DNA of 24,000 nucleotides from Ferroglobus placidus DSM 10642 (GCF_000025505.1 NC_013849.1:685799-709798); one strand, 5' to 3'; positions 15,735 through 22,146 are shown, counted from the first letter of the stretch. The notes: a model not told the origin generated them from the sequence alone. Translations and numbers: made by a program.

Positions 15735-16178
15735 TTACACTTCGTCGAAGATGCCAGTGCGACTTCCCGAGGTGTAGTATATTTTAAAGGGCTTGCTTTT
15801 AACTCCCGGCATTCCAGGAGAGCCCGTCGGCATTCCGGGAAGGGAAATTCCTTCTATAGCTGGTTTTTCCTTTAAAAGTTTGTCTATAGCCTCTCTTGGC
15901 ACGTGTCCGATAACGTAGTAGCCCCCAATGTAAGATACGTGGCAGCTCCAGAGTTTTCTTGGGACTCCGTGTTTCTCGTAAATTTTCGTTAAGCTTTTAA
16001 CGTTCACGATTTCAACTTCGTAACCTTCTCCTTCAAGGTACTCCGCATACTTCTCACAACACCCGCAAGCTTCGGGTTTGTAGATCACAACCTGCGATGG
16101 AGCGTTGCCGAAGTTTAAGTAAAGACCGAAAGCTAAAATTACTCCCAGCCCCACCACAAGAAGACTCAAAATTCTCAT
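15735..16178 (-). CDS. copG: CopG/DUF411-family metal-binding protein
   Basis: An N-terminal TM/signal segment is followed by CGCCEKYAEYL, GVPRKLWSCHVSYIGGYYVIGHVPREAIDKLL and SLPGMPTGSPGMPG. This matches the DUF411 signature CxCC...SCH...GHVP...PGMPxGSPGM essentially motif for motif. Confidence 0.85.
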   Translation of the reverse strand: MRILSLLVVGLGVILAFGLYLNFGNAPSQVVIYKPEACGCCEKYAEYLEGEGYEVEIVNVKSLTKIYEKHGVPRKLWSCHVSYIGGYYVIGHVPREAIDKLLKEKPAIEGISLPGMPTGSPGMPGVKSKPFKIYYTSGSRTGIFDEV

Positions 16179-16205
16179 GGAGAGAGGCGGTCGAAAAAGT
16201 ATAAG

Positions 16206-16231
16206 TATTTTTTCATTAGGTGTAAAATATG
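16206..16231 (+). promoter_or_regulatory. Copy 4 of the conserved element (TATTTTTTCA-TTAGGT-GTAAAATATG)
   Basis: It lies in the 50-nt divergent region between copG and the methyltransferase. Its last three bases are the methyltransferase ATG. It matches copy 1 at 19/26 nt with identical spacing. Confidence 0.45.
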
Positions 16232-16840
16232 GTGAAAAAGGGATTGGATAAGAAAAGGTACGATAGAGTTGCTAAATTTTACGATATCTTTGAGTCTCCC
16301 ATGGAACTCTTGGCTTTTTCCTCTTGGAGAAGGGAACTTACGAAAAATGTCGAAGGTAACCTCGTCCTTGAAGTGGGAATCGGAACCGGAAAAAATATAC
16401 CATACTACAAAAACTGGGAGGTAGTTGGAGTTGACATAAGCAGAAGGATGCTGGAAAGAGCCGTAAAGAGGGTTAAAGAGAACAAAAAAGTTGTTCATCT
16501 GATCCAAGCTGACGCTGAAAGTTTACCTTTCAAGGATGGTGTTTTCGACGCAATCATATCCACCTACGTTTTTTGTTCCGTGGAGAATCCGATAAACGGG
16601 CTCAGAGAACTCCACAGAGTTCTGAAGAAAGGTGGCAAAGCGTATTTTCTCGAACACATGAGGAGCGAAAGTGAATTCGTCGGAAAAATTCTCGACATCC
16701 TAAACCCCCTCTTCAGAAAGCTCGGTCCGGAGATAAACAGGAGAACTGCAGAGAATATAAAGAAAGCTGGATTCAAAATAGTTGAGGAGAGGCACTTAAT
16801 GACGTCTATTTTCAGAATGATAGTGGCTGAAAAAAGTTAG
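16229..16840 (+). CDS. Class I SAM-dependent methyltransferase (UbiE/Methyltransf_11-like)
   Basis: The N-terminus has YDRVAKFYD. Motif I is VLEVGIGTGKN. The post-I acidic residue is GVDIS. Also present are FDAIISTYVFCSV and LKKGGKAYFLEH. Confidence 0.8.
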   Translation: MVKKGLDKKRYDRVAKFYDIFESPMELLAFSSWRRELTKNVEGNLVLEVGIGTGKNIPYYKNWEVVGVDISRRMLERAVKRVKENKKVVHLIQADAESLPFKDGVFDAIISTYVFCSVENPINGLRELHRVLKKGGKAYFLEHMRSESEFVGKILDILNPLFRKLGPEINRRTAENIKKAGFKIVEERHLMTSIFRMIVAEKS

Positions 16841-17967
16841 TTGAGGAGGAGACGTCTTATCAGCTCCTCCACCTTTCCTTCAATAACCTTACAAAGCTTT
16901 AAAGCATCTTCGTAGCTATTCGGAGTGGAAAGTTTCCAAACCTCGTCAACTCTCCGAACATCGACGCTTTCATCAAGAGAAATTACGTAGTCCGCATCTT
17001 CAAGCATCTCTTCTGTTAGCTTTTTCGGCTTTGTCAGCTTGACTCCACGCTTTTTTGCGAACTCTACCGCAACCTCGCTAAGACTCTTCGAAGGAGAAGT
17101 CCCGTAGCTGATAGCGTGCATGTTGTCCGGAGATATTTTATTGAAAACGTACTCAGCTATCTTCGTTCTCAAATCGTTCTTAACGGAAACGAAAAACACC
17201 CTTTTCGTTGACGTTAACTTTCTGTATTTGCCTATGGACTCTGGAACTTCAGGCTTTAACTTGAATTTTCCTATCTCAACACTGCCTACGTCTATAAACC
17301 TGAGCTCAAGTTTAACCGCTTCTTCATCAAACTCTACTACGTTGTAACTGTTGTCCGGCATCAGAACTTTGTAAGAGCTGAGAGAGCCAGCATGAATTAC
17401 GTGGGTTCTCAGGAGTTTTGTGGAGTAGGGAACATGCCTGTGACCGGCTAAAACCACTCCTCCGCTACAGTGAAATGCCATAGCTTCAACCATTTCTGCT
17501 GCGTCGATCAGAACGTTCATATTTCTCCCGGTGTGGGGAATCGGAACGAGGTGGTGATGCATGACGACTATGTTTATGCAGTTTTTCCTGACATTTGAAA
17601 GTATCCACTCTCTCTGCTCGTCCCCCACGTATCCCTCGTCGGAGTCTGGAAGGGTGCTGTCCACTCCTATAAAGACCGCATTATCAACCTTCACCCTCTT
17701 TCTCGTCCTTCCAAAGTACAGCCTGAAGTACTTCAATCCGTCGTTTCTCGCATCGTGATTGCCGGGAACGGCGAGAATCTCAGACTTTATACCAGAAAGC
17801 GTTTCATAAGCATCTCTAAACTCGTGATGCACTCCTCACAGTCCGATATCTCCGGTTAAAACGACCAAGTCCGGCTCGATTTCGTTTATCTGTTTTATAG
17901 CCTTCTCAACCTTGTCCTTCAGCAGCTCAAAGCCGAAATGAACATCCGATATGTGGACGATTTTCAT
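16837..17967 (-). pseudogene. Metallophosphoesterase fused to a degenerate LMW-PTP/ArsC-like domain, interrupted by an in-frame TGA (17836-17838)
   Basis: The minus strand reads ATG(17965-17967) MKIVHISDVHFGFELLKDKVEKAIKQINEIEPDLVVLTGDIGL-TGA-GVHHEFRDAYE.... Motif I (DVH) and motif II (GD) lie upstream of the stop. GNHD, MHHH and GHRH lie downstream in the same frame. C-terminal residues ~210-331 resemble an LMW-PTP fold with VFFVSVKNDLRT in place of the CX5R(S/T) loop. Confidence 0.65.
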
Positions 17968-18000
17968 AAAATAAATCGTGATGAATGCCGTTTTAGAATT

Positions 18001-18034
18001 TCGGTTGGAATAAAAATTAAAAAATTTAATTTTT
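18001..18034 (-). terminator. Oligo-T tracts and an A/T-only hairpin downstream of the surface-protein gene (putative archaeal terminator, also the promoter region of the next gene)
   Basis: On the minus strand, right after the stop (18035-18037), the sequence is AAAAATTAAATTTTTTAATTTTTATTCC, with T6 and T5 runs. AAAAATTAAA (18012-18021) and TTTAATTTTT (18025-18034) form a perfect 10-bp inverted repeat with a 3-nt loop. Confidence 0.3.
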
Positions 18035-19570
18035 TTACCTCATCATTCTACCCGCAACCAAGGCAGTTATAACGACAGCTATGCCCATCCACACCCCCGA
18101 AAACTCCGGAATAGAAGTTTGATCCGGAAGAGGGGTTAAAGTAGGCGTTTGAATTGGTGTTGGCGTTCCACCTGCTTGAAGAGGACAGATCGCGTTCGAA
18201 ATCGGAGAAATTCCGGATGTTTGAAGATCTAAGGAGTTTACGTTGATTCCAGCCGGTTGAAGGAGGGGTGCTGGAGCGAACACGTATTCGTCAAATCCAG
18301 CTTCACCGATTTGGGCGTTTGCAACGATTTCGTAAAGGCAAAGACCAGTGACGCTCCCGTAGTCGTTAAGCTTGAGAATCCAGAAGTCCGAGTCGCTCGA
18401 GAAGGATCTCGTGTTTGACGCAACAACGTAGCCGTCGTCGGCTTTTTTAACATCCGCCGCCCAGTCACTTTTGTCACCGCCGTATCTCTTCTGCCACTGA
18501 ATCAATCCGCTGCCGTCAATTTTGAAAATCCAAACGTCTCCTGCTGCGCTCCCAGCTACGACATAGCCATCGTTCACCTTCTGAATTGAGGAGATTTTTT
18601 CATAGGTACTTTCATTGTACGTTCTCTGCCACCGTATGTGTCCGCTGTTATCGATCTTTAAGATCCAAGACTCGTAGACATTCGGAGAGAGAACGCCGGC
18701 ACTTCTGCTCGTTCCAGCTACAACGTACCCATCATCAGCTTGCTGGAGGGAAGAAAACTCATCAACGACTTTCCAGTCGTATATCCCCTCCCACTCGACA
18801 AAACCCGAACTGTTAAGCTTTACCATCCAGAGATTCGAACGGTAGGGGTTTGGAAATGAGATAACATTGTAATCGGCTGCAACTCCGGCTACTATATACC
18901 CTCCATCGCCAGTTTGCTGGATGGAGTAAGCTTTATCTCTGTTATACATATCGAGCACTTTTTCCCACATCACATTGCCGTTGGCATCGAGCTTTAAAAT
19001 CCAGATGTTGTACTCTATCTCCCGCAATGGATCGGATGGAATTGTAGTGTATCCAGCCACTACGTAGCCGCCGTCACTCGTTTGCCGAATGGAATGGAAT
19101 GCGTTCTCCTGAATTGGCTCATCATCAACGTTTTTATCGTATTTTTTAGCCCAGAGGACGTTTCCATACTCGTCAACTTTCATAACGAGTCCGTAGAAAA
19201 TATCAAACTGAGTTCGAGAGCCGCTATAACTCTTCGAACCCGCTTTTCCGGCAATTACGTATCCATCGCTCACTTTCTGAATCGAATACGCGTAATCGTC
19301 AAGAGGTGAGCCATAACTTTTCTCCCATACAACGTTCCCCTCACCATCAAGCTTCACGATCCAGATGTCCGTATCTCCAAGCGAGTCCGTCCAGCCAGCT
19401 ACGACGTAACCGTCGTCAGTTCGCTGGATTGCATAGGCTGTCTCATTACCCTCTCCTCCATAGATTTTTGCCCATTCTGCCTGAACTGGAGTCAGTAGGC
19501 AGAACAGAGCAGCTACCGCTAAAAACAAAATTCTCAATTCAACCACCTTAATTAAATTATTTTTTCTCAA
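18035..19570 (-). CDS. Secreted seven-repeat beta-propeller-like surface protein with a Thr/Pro linker and a PEF-CTERM-like anchor
   Basis: The signal peptide ends ...LTPVQA. Seven copies of a ~55-60-aa repeat follow (Y(A/S)SIQxxxDGGYVVAG...WIxKLDxxGNxxWxK). The C-terminus is GGTPTPIQTPTLTPLPDQTS-IPEF-SGVWMGIAVVITALVAGRMMR. The start is uncertain. The track uses TTG 19570, but a TTG at 19537 preceded by AAGGTGG gives a tidier signal peptide (MRILFLAVAALFCLLTPVQA). Confidence 0.7.
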   Translation of the reverse strand: MRKNNLIKVVELRILFLAVAALFCLLTPVQAEWAKIYGGEGNETAYAIQRTDDGYVVAGWTDSLGDTDIWIVKLDGEGNVVWEKSYGSPLDDYAYSIQKVSDGYVIAGKAGSKSYSGSRTQFDIFYGLVMKVDEYGNVLWAKKYDKNVDDEPIQENAFHSIRQTSDGGYVVAGYTTIPSDPLREIEYNIWILKLDANGNVMWEKVLDMYNRDKAYSIQQTGDGGYIVAGVAADYNVISFPNPYRSNLWMVKLNSSGFVEWEGIYDWKVVDEFSSLQQADDGYVVAGTSRSAGVLSPNVYESWILKIDNSGHIRWQRTYNESTYEKISSIQKVNDGYVVAGSAAGDVWIFKIDGSGLIQWQKRYGGDKSDWAADVKKADDGYVVASNTRSFSSDSDFWILKLNDYGSVTGLCLYEIVANAQIGEAGFDEYVFAPAPLLQPAGINVNSLDLQTSGISPISNAICPLQAGGTPTPIQTPTLTPLPDQTSIPEFSGVWMGIAVVITALVAGRMMR

Positions 19571-19749
19571 GACTATTTAAACTTTTCATTAATAAAAATT
19601 TTTATATTAGGAAATTATAATAACTCAATTTATTTCAAATATTTTAACAGATGTAAAATTTAATCATAAAAAATTAAATTCCTTTTCCAGAACAAATGTC
19701 AACTCGTTACGTGATAAAATTTTTAGGGTTACGAAAATTTACTACCACC

Positions 19750-20334
19750 ATGAGCTGCGTTGCGGAGCTCGCGAAAAGGAGAAAGAGCGTGAGGAAATTC
19801 AAACCCGACAATTTCGACATGGAAGTAATTATCGAGTGCATAGACGTAGCCAAGGAAGCTCCGTCTGGAAGTAACGCCCAGCCGTGGCATTTCGTCATCG
19901 TAAAGGACGAGGAGTTGAAGAGGAAAGTGAGAGAGGTTTGTGAAAGGGGGGAAAAGAAATTCTACTCTCACGTGAGAGGAGAGCTGGCTGAGTGGTTGAA
20001 AAGCAAAGGGTTGAACTGGGAGAAGCCCTTCCTCACGGAAGCTCCTTACATCGTTGGAGTGTTTGCTAAGAAGAAAGCACCGTATTCGAGGGAGTCGGTA
20101 TGGATAGCTGTGGCTTATTTCCTCCTCGCTCTCGAAGAGAGAGGACTCGCAAGCTTAACATACACACCACCGAACAGAGAAGAAGTTGCGGAAGTTTTGA
20201 GGTGTCCTCCAGAGTACAGACTGGAAGTTCTAATTCCCGTAGGATTTTCAGCCGATAGCAAGGAAAAGGAGCCAAGGAAGAGTGTCGAGGAGATTACAAG
20301 CGTGGATTACTTCGATGTCCCGCTAAAAATGTGA
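19750..20334 (+). CDS. Nitroreductase-family flavoprotein
   Basis: RRKSVRKFKPD and APSGSNAQPWHFVIV are typical nitroreductase FMN-binding motifs. The ATG at 19750 (MSCVAELAKRRKSVRKF) is preferred over the track start at 19696, which adds 18 non-conserved-looking residues. Confidence 0.8.
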   Translation: MSCVAELAKRRKSVRKFKPDNFDMEVIIECIDVAKEAPSGSNAQPWHFVIVKDEELKRKVREVCERGEKKFYSHVRGELAEWLKSKGLNWEKPFLTEAPYIVGVFAKKKAPYSRESVWIAVAYFLLALEERGLASLTYTPPNREEVAEVLRCPPEYRLEVLIPVGFSADSKEKEPRKSVEEITSVDYFDVPLKM

Positions 20335-20339
20335 TCCGT

Positions 20340-21176
20340 ATGAGATTTTACATAGTGGACGTTTTCGCTTTGAAAAAGTACACCGGAAACCAGCTTGCCG
20401 TATTCAGAGACGCAAGTAAGCTGAGCGAAAAAGAAATGCAGGAAATAGCAAAGGAAATGAACTACTCGGAGACGACGTTCATAATTTCTGAAGACGACTT
20501 CGAAGTTAGAATTTTCACCCCAGAAAAGGAGGTTCCCTTCGCCGGACATCCAGTCTTAGGAACCGCATTCGTAATAATGGAAGAGATACTCGGCAAAGCT
20601 AAAGAGGTGGAGCTAAAACTGAGGATAGGAAAAATCCGCGTTTGGAAGGAAAATGATGTTCTCTGGATGAGGCAAAGCTCGCCGAAATTCGGAAAAGTTT
20701 TCTCCCCGCAGGAGATTTCGAGAGTTCTTGAGATTGGGGAAGAGGAGATCGATAAGAACTTTCCAATCCAAGAAGTCTCCACCGGCTTGCCCTTCATAAT
20801 CGTTCCCCTCAAATCTCTCGAATCGCTGAAAAAAGTAAGGGTAAATACTGACGAGCTTTACAAAATCGTCGAGGATTGCGAAGCGAAGGCTATCCTTGCC
20901 TTCTCTCCGGAGACGAGATATGAAGATAACGATTTAAGCGTTAGAGTTTTCGCTCACTACTACGGAGTTCCTGAAGATCCAGCTACTGGAAGCGCCAATG
21001 GTTGCTTGGCAGCTTACCTATCCAAGTACGAATACTTCGGCAGCGATGAAGTAAACATCAAAGTCGAGCAGGGTTACGAAGTAGGAAGACCCTCCCTTCT
21101 GTTTCTACGAGCTAAAGGGGATAGAGTGGAGATTGGTGGTAAAGTTATCATGATTGCGAAGGGCACTTTTATTTAG
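20340..21176 (+). CDS. PhzF-family (phenazine biosynthesis-like) isomerase
   Basis: MRFYIVDVFALKKYTGNQLAVF, SETTFI, FAGHPVLGTAF and DPATGSANGCLAAYL match the PhzF/DAP-epimerase-fold family layout. The ATG at 20340 is preferred over the GTG at 20331. Confidence 0.8.
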   Translation: MRFYIVDVFALKKYTGNQLAVFRDASKLSEKEMQEIAKEMNYSETTFIISEDDFEVRIFTPEKEVPFAGHPVLGTAFVIMEEILGKAKEVELKLRIGKIRVWKENDVLWMRQSSPKFGKVFSPQEISRVLEIGEEEIDKNFPIQEVSTGLPFIIVPLKSLESLKKVRVNTDELYKIVEDCEAKAILAFSPETRYEDNDLSVRVFAHYYGVPEDPATGSANGCLAAYLSKYEYFGSDEVNIKVEQGYEVGRPSLLFLRAKGDRVEIGGKVIMIAKGTFI

Positions 21177-21187
21177 GGAGTGATAAA

Positions 21188-21625
21188 ATGAAGTGTATTT
21201 GTGGAGTGGATGGTTGGAAAGTCAAGAAAATAACCGTAGGAAATCACCTCAATCCGGAGTACTGGCATTTGCTCAGCGATGACTTTTACTTCTGCCCAAA
21301 TTCGGAGTGCGACGTAGTGTACTTCGATGGTAGAGCAATCTTCACAACTAAAGAAGTTAAAACAAAGGTCTTTTTCAAAGAAAAAGGTTCTCCAAAGCCT
21401 TTATGCTACTGCAAGCAGGTTACAGAAGAGGACGTCATTGAGGCGATAAAGAGAGGAGCTAAGAGCGTTGAAGAAGTGGAAGAAATAACCGGCATAGGAA
21501 ACGGGGGACACTGCGTAATTACAAATCCGTCAGGCAGATGCTGCAAGCTGTATTACGAAGGATTTATCGAGGACTTGCTTGGGAAAAAAGATAGAGACGA
21601 ATGTCGGGAGTGCTGCGAATCCTGA
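21188..21625 (+). CDS. Stand-alone CopZ-N-terminal-domain-like Cys-rich protein (zinc-ribbon plus BFD-like [2Fe-2S] motif)
   Basis: CICG...FYFCPNSECDVVYF is zinc-ribbon-like. PLCYCKQVTEEDVIEAIKRGAKSVEEVEEITGIGNGGHCVITNPSGRCC has BFD-like [2Fe-2S] spacing (CxC...C...CC). There is an extra C-terminal DECRECCES. The arrangement resembles my memory of the N-terminal domain of Archaeoglobus fulgidus CopZ. No HMA domain is present. Confidence 0.6.
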   Translation: MKCICGVDGWKVKKITVGNHLNPEYWHLLSDDFYFCPNSECDVVYFDGRAIFTTKEVKTKVFFKEKGSPKPLCYCKQVTEEDVIEAIKRGAKSVEEVEEITGIGNGGHCVITNPSGRCCKLYYEGFIEDLLGKKDRDECRECCES

Positions 21626-22120
21626 CTACTTCAGCTGCTTTAAGTACTCTATCAGATCGTTCAAATCCTTTTCCGTCATCTGCCACCTCGGCATGCACCA
21701 GTTCAACTCCTCTCCCTCATCTCCAATCCCAGAAGTTATAGCTCTCTTTACGTCCTCTTCGCTCATTCCGTGTTCTCCGGAGAGGGTGGAATACCTTATA
21801 TCCGGAGTTTTTACACCACACATCATCGGGTAAATTCCTCCCTTCCCGTCAACACCGTGACAGCTCGCACAACCTCCTCCGTGCATCTGAAGCCAAGTTG
21901 GTCCGCCAACAAAAGGTATTCTTTCACCTTTTTCGTTAACTCCGGTGAGAAAAATTTTCTCTCCGTTCGACCTATACTCTCCCACCGGCTGATAGATATT
22001 CCTGTCTCCAAACTGCATGTAGGGCGTTCCACCAAACCAAAACACGTTAGCAGCGATAAATCCCGCGGCAAAAGCTGCTATCGCGACCGCGACAACGATT
22101 ATCGTTTCTCTTGTTTTCAT
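21626..22120 (-). CDS. Membrane-anchored monoheme c-type cytochrome
   Basis: A single CxxCH (GGGCASCHGVDGKGG) follows an N-terminal TM anchor (IIVVAVAIAAFAAGFIAANVFWF). Candidate distal Met residues lie downstream (YPMM, CMPRW). The ATG at 22118-22120 (MKTRETI...) is preferred over the track start at 22204, which would overlap the next gene. Confidence 0.7.
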   Translation of the reverse strand: MKTRETIIVVAVAIAAFAAGFIAANVFWFGGTPYMQFGDRNIYQPVGEYRSNGEKIFLTGVNEKGERIPFVGGPTWLQMHGGGCASCHGVDGKGGIYPMMCGVKTPDIRYSTLSGEHGMSEEDVKRAITSGIGDEGEELNWCMPRWQMTEKDLNDLIEYLKQLK

Positions 22121-22146
22121 AAATGTTTCTTTTTTACAAAAACTAC

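Noticed and set aside
15730-15777. A mini-ORF on the plus strand downstream of element copy 3 (TTG 15730 or ATG 15751, stop at 15775-15777)
   Set aside because: It is only 8-15 codons, has no start-site context and lies antisense to the 3' end of copG. Copy 3 is better explained as serving the minus-strand gene whose ATG it abuts.
16175-16507. 110-aa minus-strand ORF overlapping the methyltransferase 5' half
   Set aside because: The plus-strand frame has clear SAM-methyltransferase motifs. The minus-strand product has no motifs. It would also run through the divergent promoter region and end 4 nt inside the copG start.
17836-17838. The in-frame TGA in the metallophosphoesterase read as selenocysteine
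   Set aside because: The position lies between metal-binding motifs, not at a redox-active site. I see no obvious SECIS-like stem-loop in the short region downstream of the gene. To my knowledge, archaeal Sec usage is confined to a few methanogen and Asgard lineages, not Archaeoglobales-like genomes. Nonsense mutation, sequencing error or readthrough are more parsimonious.
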